Of a stretch of DNA of 64,000 nucleotides, positions 10,505 to 19,802 are shown in pieces. The notes under the pieces are model-generated. The model was not told the DNA's origin and did no database searches. It saw only the letters and a list, made by a program, of their open reading frames with translations. Made by a program: the position numbers and the translations under genes. Location of the stretch: assembly GCA_003523185.1 (NCBI GenBank), contig DPGN01000021.1, positions 14,094-78,093 on the forward strand, in the 5' to 3' direction. The stretch's first letter is position 1, and each line of letters begins with the position of its first letter. The stretch comes from Halieaceae bacterium (GTDB lineage: Bacteria > Pseudomonadota > Gammaproteobacteria > Pseudomonadales > Halieaceae).

Positions 10505-13369
10505 TTAAAGCTCAACCCGCGCCGATGTGCCCAAGCCGGGACCGTAAACCAACGCATTTAACCAAACGCGACCCACGCCTCGTGTAGACCCCCTAAAGTT
10601 GGGCTGACCAGAGAACAGAATAACCTGACCCTTACCCACCCGCTCTCTCGTTACATAGGCTGAATTCGCGATCCGCGCCGCGGCTTCCGGCCAGAGCAAG
10701 CCACTCATGCGGACGGAGACAGCTGTACCTCGTGGAGCCGTAGACCAGTTCAGCGTCTGGGCCTCGGTCACTTCGCTGTCTGACTGTAACGCGCCCACCC
10801 GAACCACAGCCTGCTGCCTTCCTTTTGTCATGAGAGGTGGTTGCTCGCTATAGAGGAGAGGTAGTGTTTCCGGGGTACCAAATGTCATCCAATGCAAACG
10901 ATCGACCCGCCCGGCAACCATGGCACCTGATGGCATGAAGCCGGACTGCCATGCTTCGCGGCGTTTTAACTCGTCGGCTGATAGCGCCTTGCTGCCCTGA
11001 TCCCATGGGTAGGCCACGTTGGCGTTAACACGGTGGGCCGCCACCGCCCCCATGTCTAAAGCATCATCCGTCGCCAATATTTCGCGCTGCAGGGCGATGT
11101 CGTACTCCTGCGCCTCGCTCAGGCTATCGCCGACTGTTCGCACACCACCAATACCGCCTTCGCGCGCCAGATTCGCCGCACTGTTGTCGTGTGCCACCAA
11201 GGTGCCGCCTTGCTTAACCCAGTCACGCAGTGCGCCGAGTTCGGCGTCGCTCATGGGTCGGTAGCCATTGGGGATAACGATGGTGTTGTAACGCCGCAGG
11301 TCGGCGCGAGATAGGTAGGAAGTATCAATCTGGCTGTGCCGGATACCCAGGTGTGTGTCGATAGCCCACCAACTTGAACCCACGTCATAACTGCTAAACC
11401 CAGCCTGACTCAAGATGGCAATTTGCGGACGCGTCAGTAGCCGGAAGTGGGAGCCTCCCCAGTCGGGTAAGTCGCCAGCGCCATAACCCGAGCCAATCGA
11501 ATTGACCGTTAGCTGTAGATGCTCCGCTTCTGCGGTGATGAGATCCGTCAGATTGTCGAGCTTCAGGTTGTCCATGGCGGTCACGAAGACCGAGCCTCGC
11601 GGCAGCGATTGACCGGACAATTCTGTCGCTTTGTCAATGACTCGCACTTGTACGCCCGACTCCATGAGGCGGGCCGCGAATGCCACTGAGCGGTCATCGT
11701 CACCGCTCACGCTCCACGCGATGGCTTCGGCTACCACGTCAATACTTGGTTCTGCGCTCTGCCACGGCCGCAGGCCTTGATTCAGGTGCTCAGGAACAGT
11801 GACGGCTGGAAGCCCATACATCATGCTGAAGTTCCATGCTGTGGTGTCGTACATGAGTGAGGAACCGTCACGGAGCGTGCGCTGCCGTTCCTCTACGAGA
11901 ACGGATTTTATGACCTCCGCATCGAATTCGAGAATCGCCGCAACCAGGGGTGCGTCAGGCTGGCGATTGGGGATGATTAGGCTGCCCTCGGGAATGGTGA
12001 ATCCGCGTTCTTCACTGCCAAGCTGCGTTGTCGCACGCGCTACTTTCAGAGGAGCATCATTGGTAAACATCTCGATGCCTTGGGCGTCGAGGCGCTCGAC
12101 TAATGCAGCCATTCGGCCATGATTGTCGTTAGCCAGAATCACATAGCTTTTATCAGAGAATTTACTTTTAGCAGAGACGTTATATTTGCGCCCATCCCAG
12201 TAGTCGCGATACATCGCTTGGGAGTGCGTGGCCAGTGATTCGAGATTGGCCATGGTGCTGACAAATTGATGGTGCACAGACTCCATGTAGGTCTGTACGG
12301 TTCCCTCCGGACGTCTAACGCCGTCTTCAGCCATCCGCGATTGTTCGTAGAGGATGTGCATGCTGCCGCGGTATTCGGAGTAGTTCGAGTAGCCGGGGTA
12401 CCAATTTTCGAACCACTCACCCGTGAAGTAGCGCCATGACCGGTCATCAAACGCAGCGCCTTGTTCCTCGGAGAAGGTGACAGCCCATTTTTGCAGGTCG
12501 GTATCAATGTTCGTGTTGAGCGGCTGACGGGGCGGACCCATCAGGAAGGTGCTCTGCGAACCCATCTCATGCCCGTCAATCATGATCTGTGGTCGCCAGG
12601 TATTGATTAGCGCCACGCGTCCACGCGTTTCCGGCTGCGTCAGTAAAAAGAAGTCTCGATTGAGATCGAAGAAGTAGTGGTTGGTCCGACCAAACGGCCA
12701 ATCACCGGTGTGTAGCAATGACTGGTCATCGACATTGGGTGCCGTGCCTCGATATTGCTCGAGTGATTTGGCAAATCGGGCGCGACCATCGGGGTTCATC
12801 ATCGGATCGATGACCACAACTATGTTATCGAGCATCGCCTCAACCTGATCATCTGTGCTTGCGATGAGGTGATAAATGCTCGCCATCGCAGCATCGGCAC
12901 CCGAGGTTTCATTACCGTGGATGGAATAGGCCATCCAGGCAACGGCAGGGAGTCTCTCAATGATGTCATTGGCTTCTTTGTCGGTGATCGCACGTGCGTC
13001 GGAGAGTCGTGAGATGTCCGCTTCAATCGCCTCCAATCGCGATAGGTTTTCCGGCGAGGAGATGAAGACGGCGAAAAGCGGTCTTCCTTCGTGAGTCTTC
13101 GCGTATTCAATGACTTTGAGTCGATCGGACTCGTCTGTCCATTGTTTGATTGCCGCACTGATCTGAGCGGGGGTAGCGACCCGTTGACCAGCCTCGAAGC
13201 CCAAAAAGACCGAGGGCTTTGAGACGCTATCCGTATAGGTCCCTTCCAAAAGGGTGCCGCTGTAAACCAGATCGGGGTCGCTGGTGGGCTTCATTAATAG
13301 GCCTGCGACAGCACTCTGTGCTGTGAAGGCCGTAACCGCGATCAAAACCAACTTTCTAACGAATGACAT
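10505..13369 (-). CDS. secreted M14 family zinc carboxypeptidase-like protein, long form
   Basis: Signal peptide 'LIAVTAFTAQSAVAG'. M14 zinc motif 'HGNETSG' and a later 'DGHEMG'. 954 aa with a large C-terminal extension. Confidence 0.75.
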   Translation of the reverse strand: MSFVRKLVLIAVTAFTAQSAVAGLLMKPTSDPDLVYSGTLLEGTYTDSVSKPSVFLGFEAGQRVATPAQISAAIKQWTDESDRLKVIEYAKTHEGRPLFAVFISSPENLSRLEAIEADISRLSDARAITDKEANDIIERLPAVAWMAYSIHGNETSGADAAMASIYHLIASTDDQVEAMLDNIVVVIDPMMNPDGRARFAKSLEQYRGTAPNVDDQSLLHTGDWPFGRTNHYFFDLNRDFFLLTQPETRGRVALINTWRPQIMIDGHEMGSQSTFLMGPPRQPLNTNIDTDLQKWAVTFSEEQGAAFDDRSWRYFTGEWFENWYPGYSNYSEYRGSMHILYEQSRMAEDGVRRPEGTVQTYMESVHHQFVSTMANLESLATHSQAMYRDYWDGRKYNVSAKSKFSDKSYVILANDNHGRMAALVERLDAQGIEMFTNDAPLKVARATTQLGSEERGFTIPEGSLIIPNRQPDAPLVAAILEFDAEVIKSVLVEERQRTLRDGSSLMYDTTAWNFSMMYGLPAVTVPEHLNQGLRPWQSAEPSIDVVAEAIAWSVSGDDDRSVAFAARLMESGVQVRVIDKATELSGQSLPRGSVFVTAMDNLKLDNLTDLITAEAEHLQLTVNSIGSGYGAGDLPDWGGSHFRLLTRPQIAILSQAGFSSYDVGSSWWAIDTHLGIRHSQIDTSYLSRADLRRYNTIVIPNGYRPMSDAELGALRDWVKQGGTLVAHDNSAANLAREGGIGGVRTVGDSLSEAQEYDIALQREILATDDALDMGAVAAHRVNANVAYPWDQGSKALSADELKRREAWQSGFMPSGAMVAGRVDRLHWMTFGTPETLPLLYSEQPPLMTKGRQQAVVRVGALQSDSEVTEAQTLNWSTAPRGTAVSVRMSGLLWPEAAARIANSAYVTRERVGKGQVILFSGQPNFRGSTRGVGRVWLNALVYGPGLGTSARVEL

Positions 13370-13535
13370 AGTGTGTTCCCTTATAAAAAAACCTGCTCGC
13401 TACACTCACCTTTGCTCGGCTCCATGAACTCGGTAAAGTAAATCTTTGAGCACTATTTATTCTGCCTATTCTGCGATAAACCAAGACTGCTTTATCATGC
13501 CGTGCAGAAGGTGCACTGCAAACAGGAAATGTGTA

Positions 13536-14684
13536 ATGCGTTTGACGGACTGTCACAACTTCGCCGATTTTCGGCGCTTGGCCAGTAAGCGCCTACCCGG
13601 CCCCATTTTTCACTATATCGACGGTGCCGCCGACGACGAGGTGACTTATCGGCGCAATACCGAGGCGTACGAGCAGGTAGACCTCGTACCGAATGTGCTG
13701 AATGGCGTCGATGCTGTCGACATGTCAGTCGAGGTGATGGGTCAGAAGTTGGCAATGCCCCTCTACTGTGCGCCGACCGCGCTACAGCGATTGTTTCATC
13801 ATGAGGGGGAGCGAGCGGTTGCCAAGGCGGCTACGAAGTTTGGCACCATGTTTGGCGTCTCGTCCCTGGCGACGGTCGCGGTTGAGGAAATTGCCGAGCT
13901 CGCGCCAGGCCCCAAAATGTTCCAGTTCTACTTCCATAAAGATCGGGGCCTGAACGATGCGTTACTTGAGCGAGCACGCGCTGCGAACTTCAACGTCATG
14001 GCGCTAACGGTGGACACCATCACGGGCGGCAATCGGGAGCGCGATCTTAGAACCGGATTCACATCGCCGCCTCGGCTAAATCTCCAATCGGCATGGAGTT
14101 TTGCGACACACCCCGCTTGGGCTTGGAATTTCTTTACCAAAGAAAAGTTCGATATGCCGCATCTCTCGAGTCACGTAGAGCAGGGCACTAACGTGGCGGT
14201 CTCGGTGGGTGAGTATTTTTCCAGCATGTTAGATCCGACGATGTCTTGGAAGGATGCCGAGAAGCTCTGCTCACAATGGAACGGACAATTTGCCTTGAAG
14301 GGCATCATGTCCGTTGAAGATGCTAAGCGAGCTGTGGACATCGGTTGCACCGGGATCATGGTGTCGAATCACGGCGGGCGACAGCTGGATGGTTCGCGCG
14401 CCCCCTTTGATCAGTTGGCCGAAATTTGTGACGCGGTGGGTGATCAAATTGACGTTGTTTGTGAGGGCGGTATTCAGCGAGGAACGCATGTCCTTAAGGC
14501 GTTATCGGTTGGTGCCAAGGCAGTTTCTGGCGGTCGCCTGTATCTTTATGCGCTCGCTGCAGCGGGACAGCTCGGAGTGGAGCGAGCACTGGGGAACCTG
14601 AAGGCTGAGATAGAGCGTGACATGCGCTTGATGGGTGTGGGTCGTGTCAGTGAGCTGAGTCGCGACAACTTACGCTCTCGATGA
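13536..14684 (+). CDS. lldD: FMN-dependent alpha-hydroxy-acid dehydrogenase (L-lactate dehydrogenase-like)
   Basis: Collinear with recalled E. coli LldD: 'FHYIDGAADDE', 'SWKD', 'LKGI', 'VSNHGGRQLDG', 'GRLYLYALAAAGQLGV'. Start moved to the ATG at 13536 with AGGAAA upstream. Substrate not provable. Confidence 0.8.
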   Translation: MRLTDCHNFADFRRLASKRLPGPIFHYIDGAADDEVTYRRNTEAYEQVDLVPNVLNGVDAVDMSVEVMGQKLAMPLYCAPTALQRLFHHEGERAVAKAATKFGTMFGVSSLATVAVEEIAELAPGPKMFQFYFHKDRGLNDALLERARAANFNVMALTVDTITGGNRERDLRTGFTSPPRLNLQSAWSFATHPAWAWNFFTKEKFDMPHLSSHVEQGTNVAVSVGEYFSSMLDPTMSWKDAEKLCSQWNGQFALKGIMSVEDAKRAVDIGCTGIMVSNHGGRQLDGSRAPFDQLAEICDAVGDQIDVVCEGGIQRGTHVLKALSVGAKAVSGGRLYLYALAAAGQLGVERALGNLKAEIERDMRLMGVGRVSELSRDNLRSR

Positions 14685-14718
14685 GCCTTCCCTCGATGAC
14701 TGCTCTGGGTAATAGCAG

Positions 14719-15492
14719 ATGAGCGTTTATGATTTCAATCAGCGAGCATGGGACCGGTTGGTCGAGTCGGGTAATCGCTGGACGGTCCCTGTCAGTAGTG
14801 AAGCTATTGCAAAAGCGAGAGATGGCGATTGGCAGTTGGTGCTGACGCCATCACTTCCGGTGCCGGCGTCATGGTTTCCATCACTGACAGGTTGCCGCGT
14901 CCTTTGCCTCGCATCAGGCGGGGGGCAGCAGGGTCCTATCCTGGCCGCAGCCGGTGCCAACGTGACCGTTTTTGATGCCTCCGAGAAGCAGCTGTCACAG
15001 GATCGATTAGTTGCTCATCGCGACGGGCTCTCGCTTGAAACTATTCAGGGCGACATGGCCGATTTGTCGTGTTTTGAAGGCAGCGTCTTCGATTTTATTT
15101 TTCACCCATGCTCAAATTGCTTTGCCGAAGATATCCGGCCCGTATGGCGCGAGGCCTATCGTGTCTTGCGTCCCGGTGGATCTATCGTCAGTGGTTTCGT
15201 GAAGCCGATTCACGGACTGTTTGATCCCGATCTTGAGAAGCAGGGAACGTTTCAGTTGAAGTTTTCCATGCCTCATTCTGACTTGAAGCTCAGCGATGAA
15301 GAGCGCGAGAACTGGTTCGGATCGGATGCCCCCATTGAGTTTGTGCACTCGCTGGAAGATCAACTGGGTGGTCAGCTCGATGCGGGTTTCTTGATTGCCG
15401 GTCTGTACGAGGATGACTGGGGTGGCAGTGAGCCCATCGATCAGTTCATAAAAAGTTTTGTTGCTGTGAGAGCGATTAAGCCGACCACTTAA
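14719..15492 (+). CDS. class I SAM-dependent methyltransferase
   Basis: Motif I 'VLCLASGGGQQG' followed by an acidic residue at the end of beta-2 ('VTVFDAS'). Confidence 0.7.
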   Translation: MSVYDFNQRAWDRLVESGNRWTVPVSSEAIAKARDGDWQLVLTPSLPVPASWFPSLTGCRVLCLASGGGQQGPILAAAGANVTVFDASEKQLSQDRLVAHRDGLSLETIQGDMADLSCFEGSVFDFIFHPCSNCFAEDIRPVWREAYRVLRPGGSIVSGFVKPIHGLFDPDLEKQGTFQLKFSMPHSDLKLSDEERENWFGSDAPIEFVHSLEDQLGGQLDAGFLIAGLYEDDWGGSEPIDQFIKSFVAVRAIKPTT

Positions 15493-15512
15493 GCAACTGA
15501 CCACGCAACTGA

Positions 15513-16460
15513 CTAAGCACCTGAAAATCGATCGGTCGCCGCGACTAATGCACTGGCGTTGGCCGGATCGAAAGCAGAGTGACCCGCATTCGCAATCATG
15601 TGGAAGTTCGCTTCGGGCCAGGCTCGATGCAGTTCCCAGGCCGTTGTGGGTGGGCAAACAACGTCGTAACGGCCCTGAACGATCTCGGTAGGTATATGAC
15701 GAATTGCGTCGATGTTCTCGAGTAACTGATTAGGCGAATCGAAAAACCCACCATTCACGAAGTAATGACACTCGATGCGTGCCATCGCCAGTGCAGCTTC
15801 TGGCTCGTCTAATTTTTCCATAAAGTCGGCGTTCTGATGTAGGAAGCTGGTAGATGCTTCCCAGACAGACCAGGCACGAGCTGCTGCGAGGCGTTCGGTT
15901 TCGTCATCGCTAATCAGACGCTTATGGAAGGCGGTGACGAGATCCGATCGCTCATCTTCTGGAATCGGTGCCAGATAGTTTTGCCAGGTGTCCGGATACA
16001 GCGAGCTCGCACCTTCTTGGTAGAACCAACGTATCTCTTCCGGACGGAGTAGGAATATGCCTCGTAGCACCAGTTCGGTGACCCGCTCAGGATGTTTTTG
16101 CGCGTAGGCAAGACTGAGTGTGCTGCCCCACGATCCGCCGAAAACCAACCATTGATCAATGCCAAGTTCCTCGCGCAGTTGTTCCATATCGGCAATGAGA
16201 TGCCAGGTCGTGTTCGCGTCCAATGAGGCATGCGGGGTTGAGTGACCGCAGCCGCGTTGGTCAAAGAGAACAATGCGATAGCGCTCAGGATTAAAGAACT
16301 GCCTTGCTGCGGGTGACGCCCCCCCACCAGGGCCACCGTGCACGAAGACACAGGGTTTACCCGCAGGATTTCCGCTCTCTTCGAAATAGATTGAGTGACC
16401 ATCACCTACCGACAGATATCCGGTTCGATAGGGTTCTAAGGGTGGATAGAGGCTGGGCAT
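15513..16460 (-). CDS. pip: prolyl aminopeptidase (proline iminopeptidase)
   Basis: 'HGGPGGG' and nucleophile 'GGSWGSTL' motifs. 315 aa, the typical S33 Pip length. Confidence 0.88.
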   Translation of the reverse strand: MPSLYPPLEPYRTGYLSVGDGHSIYFEESGNPAGKPCVFVHGGPGGGASPAARQFFNPERYRIVLFDQRGCGHSTPHASLDANTTWHLIADMEQLREELGIDQWLVFGGSWGSTLSLAYAQKHPERVTELVLRGIFLLRPEEIRWFYQEGASSLYPDTWQNYLAPIPEDERSDLVTAFHKRLISDDETERLAAARAWSVWEASTSFLHQNADFMEKLDEPEAALAMARIECHYFVNGGFFDSPNQLLENIDAIRHIPTEIVQGRYDVVCPPTTAWELHRAWPEANFHMIANAGHSAFDPANASALVAATDRFSGA

Positions 16461-16660
16461 CAGTGAGTTCTCCGTGACTGAGGCCCGCAGTGTACTGTTC
16501 TTGTGGTGTTTTGCACGATGAGCCTGTGACGCATTTGAGCGGATTTCTTTGATTTCTAGTGCTAGCTGGGAGTATCTTGATCCGCCTCGTTGAGCGCTCG
16601 AGGGGGCCTCGTTCTCGTCGCCCGTAAAGCGTTCACGTTACTCACAAAAAAGGAAAGAAC

Positions 16661-19294
16661 ATGAAGCCTATTGATCTTTGGAAGCTGCTGCTGGTGCTTC
16701 CTCTGACATTCACACTCTCTACACCTGTTTTTGCCGAGGATGCGCCTGCGGCGCCTGAGGCCAAAGAGACCGCGCCTGCGGCTGAGGAAGCCACGGCGTC
16801 ATCAGATGATGACGGGGGGGAAGCGCAGGAGGAAGAAGAGAAGCCGAAGACTATTGCTGAGCTGACGGAAGAAGCTGATCGATATGACGGCCTTTTCACG
16901 CTCTTCAGGGACCCCAAGACGGGTGCGACCAAAATGCTGATTGCCGGCGATCAGATCAACAAGGAGTTTATCTACTTCAAGCACACCATGAATGGCGTGG
17001 TTGATGCCGGTGCATTCACTGGGTCGTATGGTGACCAGTTTATTTTCACCATTGAGCGCCGCTTCGACAAAGTCGAGTTTGTGCGCCAGAACACGGCTTA
17101 CTATTTTGACCCGGACAACGCGATTTCCCGCGCGTCTGATAAGAACATTTCTCGAGCGGTACTTGCGGTCTTACCCATTGCTGCCCAAGACGAGGCGTCA
17201 GGAGATATTCTGATCGATGCGGACTCGCTGTTCCTATCCGAAACCTTTGCCACCGTGGTTCGCAGCCGAGGTGGAGATGATGACGACAGTGACCGATTCC
17301 GAGTGGGTAAAATGGACTCCGAGAAGAGCCAGATCCTTGCGCTGAAAAATTATCCTGAAAACTCGGCTGTGGAAGTCGAGTACGTCTTTAATAATCCGGC
17401 GCCGAAAAACGGTGGCAGCGATGCGGTGACTGATGCGCGCAATGTGTCGATCACGGTGCTGCACACCTTGATTGCGGTGCCCGAAAACGATTATCAGCCC
17501 CGATTTGCCGATGCCAGACTCGGGTCGTTTAACGTGCAGGTGACCGACCTTACCTCGACTGATTCAGCGCCTTACCGAGATTTGCTGGAGCGTTGGCACC
17601 TAGTCAAGCAAGACCCATCAGCTGAGATTTCTGATCCTGTTGAGCCCATCACCTGGTGGATCGAAAACACAACGCCGGTTGAGTGGCGTGACCTGATCCG
17701 TGACGCGGCACTGGAGTGGAATAAGGCGTTCGAGCATGCCGGCTTTAGCAACGCAATGGCGGTCAAAGTGCAGCCTGATGATGCGGACTGGGATGCGGGC
17801 GACATTCGTTACAACGTGCTTCGCTGGACATCATCGCCCCGACCACCGTTTGGTGGTTACGGCCCGAGCTTCTCCAATCCTCGCACGGGGCAGTTGCTGG
17901 GTGCAGATATCATGCTCGAGTACTCCTTCTTGAACCGCTCCAAATTGACGCGTGAGCTTATTCAGGGGGAGGCGGTCGAGCCAATGATGATCGACGGCCA
18001 CGATGCGCGGCTCTGCTCGGTTGGTCGAACGATCGCTGAAGGCGGTTTGATGGCAGAGATTGCACTTCAGATGACGGGTGGCGACGCTCCGATCGAGGAG
18101 CAGCTCAAGCGCGACCGTATGTACTACCTCATCCTTCACGAGCTCGGGCATACGCTGGGTATGAACCACAACATGAAAGCGACTCAGTTGCTGTCACCTG
18201 AGGAGCTCGAGGACCCAGCGGTACTGGAGTCGGGCATCATCTCGGGCTCGGTGATGGACTATCCTGCCGTCAACTACGCGCCAAACCGTGAAGATCAAAC
18301 ACTGTTTTATACGATTGCCCCCGGTCCCTATGACGACTGGTATATCGAGTATGCGTATTCACCCGGTTTGGAAGATGCTGACGCCGAAGCGGCAAGACTC
18401 GAGGCTATCGCTGCGCGCTCGTCAGAACCTGCACTAGCATTCGGGAACGACGCCGACGATATGCGTCGCCCCGGAACCGGCATAGATCCCAGGGTCAACA
18501 TTTACGACAATAGCTCAGACTCCATTGCCTATGCATCGAATCAGATGCGAATCATGCATGACGCGCTGAATAAGACGGCTGATTGGACACCTGATGAGGG
18601 TGACTCCTACGAAGATGTTGTCGATGGCGTTGCCTTATTGGTTCGTTTCTGGGGTCTCAACGCTGGCGTCATTTCGCGCTGGGTTGGTGGCGTCTACGTT
18701 GACCGAGCGGTTGTTGGTCAAGAAGGTGCGACGGAGCCCTTTATTCCGGTTGAGCGAGACCGGCAGAAAGAGGCTATGGCAACGCTCGCTGAGCAACTGT
18801 TTGGTCCCGATGCGTTTGACGTTGATGGCGGCCTATGGCGTCAGGCAGCGCCCGAGCGACGTGGGTTTGAGCACGGCGGGACAACTGAGGATCCCAAAGT
18901 TCACCGTGCTGTTCTGTCGGCCCAGCAGCGAGTCCTTGATCACTTGCTCCATCCAACGGTGCTTAAGCGAATCACGGACACCGAACTGTACGGAAACGAG
19001 TATCCGCTGGTCGAAGTCTTCGAAGATCTGACGGATGCAGTATTCGAGGCGGATGCAAAAGGCAGCGTTAACAGTTTCCGGCGCAATCTGCAGGCAGAGT
19101 ACGTCGACCGGTTAGCCATGATGGCGAGCGAAAAGGGTGCGGCTAAGTATCACAGCACAGCGCAAGCACTTGCCGTTCTGACGCTGTCAGAACTCCGCGA
19201 TCAATTAGCGAGTAAGCGCCGAGGCGATCGCGTCTCTCAAGCGCACGCCAAGTTGTTGGTTATGAATATCGATCGTGCACTGGACGACGATTGA
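16661..19294 (+). CDS. secreted zinc-dependent metalloprotease (HExxH, large DUF-rich family)
   Basis: Signal peptide, Ala/Glu/Pro-rich acidic linker, and 'LHELGHTLGMNHN' zinc site. 877 aa. Confidence 0.75.
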   Translation: MKPIDLWKLLLVLPLTFTLSTPVFAEDAPAAPEAKETAPAAEEATASSDDDGGEAQEEEEKPKTIAELTEEADRYDGLFTLFRDPKTGATKMLIAGDQINKEFIYFKHTMNGVVDAGAFTGSYGDQFIFTIERRFDKVEFVRQNTAYYFDPDNAISRASDKNISRAVLAVLPIAAQDEASGDILIDADSLFLSETFATVVRSRGGDDDDSDRFRVGKMDSEKSQILALKNYPENSAVEVEYVFNNPAPKNGGSDAVTDARNVSITVLHTLIAVPENDYQPRFADARLGSFNVQVTDLTSTDSAPYRDLLERWHLVKQDPSAEISDPVEPITWWIENTTPVEWRDLIRDAALEWNKAFEHAGFSNAMAVKVQPDDADWDAGDIRYNVLRWTSSPRPPFGGYGPSFSNPRTGQLLGADIMLEYSFLNRSKLTRELIQGEAVEPMMIDGHDARLCSVGRTIAEGGLMAEIALQMTGGDAPIEEQLKRDRMYYLILHELGHTLGMNHNMKATQLLSPEELEDPAVLESGIISGSVMDYPAVNYAPNREDQTLFYTIAPGPYDDWYIEYAYSPGLEDADAEAARLEAIAARSSEPALAFGNDADDMRRPGTGIDPRVNIYDNSSDSIAYASNQMRIMHDALNKTADWTPDEGDSYEDVVDGVALLVRFWGLNAGVISRWVGGVYVDRAVVGQEGATEPFIPVERDRQKEAMATLAEQLFGPDAFDVDGGLWRQAAPERRGFEHGGTTEDPKVHRAVLSAQQRVLDHLLHPTVLKRITDTELYGNEYPLVEVFEDLTDAVFEADAKGSVNSFRRNLQAEYVDRLAMMASEKGAAKYHSTAQALAVLTLSELRDQLASKRRGDRVSQAHAKLLVMNIDRALDDD

Positions 19295-19317
19295 TTAAGA
19301 CTAGGCTGGGAGTGCTT

Positions 19318-19797
19318 CTAGCGCTCCCGGCCGATTACAAAAAAGTCATAGGTGGGGTTAAAGCCTGATTGCTTGCCTGTGCCCACAACAATGGCATCCT
19401 CGAGCCAACGCAGTGACTCGTCTCCGGTTTCAAGCCTTGCGACCACAGTTAGGTCATAGCTCTCTGGTGCAAGCTCTGTGCCTGAGGCTAATGCCTTCAA
19501 AGCCTCAGCGTTAGCAACGAACTGACCTTCGTAGCTCAGGTATATGTGTGCGCCGCGGTCTGTTTCGAGGCAAAGCCTCACGTCTATTTTCATGACGCCG
19601 TCGTTGCGGAAGATCACCCAATCAGCACCACCAGGCAAAACCTTTCCGCTCAGTTTCGCCCCCTCGAAGTGGCCCCCTTTTATCGGTGCTATCGTGCGAC
19701 GGCCTTTGGTTGTCATGCCGATGGGGAGCGAACTCGCTGAATCGACATCGAGTTGAAGCGTCATTAGATGTTGGTAGGGAACTTTTGAAGAGGTCAT
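19318..19797 (-). CDS. DUF3237 (UPF0311) family protein
   Basis: Pattern 'GRRTIAPIKGGHFEG..LSGKVLPGGADWVIFRNDGVMKIDVRLCLETDRGAHIYLSYEG' is typical of DUF3237. ATG at 19797 lies 5 nt after the upstream gene's TGA (the track's 19806 start is TTG). Confidence 0.65.
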   Translation of the reverse strand: MTSSKVPYQHLMTLQLDVDSASSLPIGMTTKGRRTIAPIKGGHFEGAKLSGKVLPGGADWVIFRNDGVMKIDVRLCLETDRGAHIYLSYEGQFVANAEALKALASGTELAPESYDLTVVARLETGDESLRWLEDAIVVGTGKQSGFNPTYDFFVIGRER

Positions 19798-19802
19798 AGG
19801 GT

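Noticed and set aside
15112-15657. 181-aa minus-strand ORF overlapping the methyltransferase gene and the pip 3' end. Similar long antisense or alternate-frame ORFs occur at 4090-4575, 38853-39425, 39849-41033, 12139-12507 and 31525-31995.
   Set aside because: All lie inside strongly supported genes on the other strand or frame. They have Arg/Pro/Ser/Cys-rich, low-complexity translations typical of GC-rich antisense frames, and no RBS or family resemblance.
16715-16850. Ala/Pro/Glu-rich repetitive coding stretch at the N-terminus of the secreted metalloprotease (AEDAPAAPEAKETAPAAEEATASSDDDGGEAQEEEEK).
   Set aside because: It is a low-complexity acidic linker after a signal peptide, common in secreted proteins, and not a separate feature.
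19308-19328. Hairpin GGGAGTGC-TTCTA-GCGCTCCC between the metalloprotease and DUF3237 genes, as a bidirectional terminator.
   Set aside because: It has no flanking T/A tracts and overlaps the DUF3237 stop codon. It may act as a terminator or stabiliser but is too weak to call.
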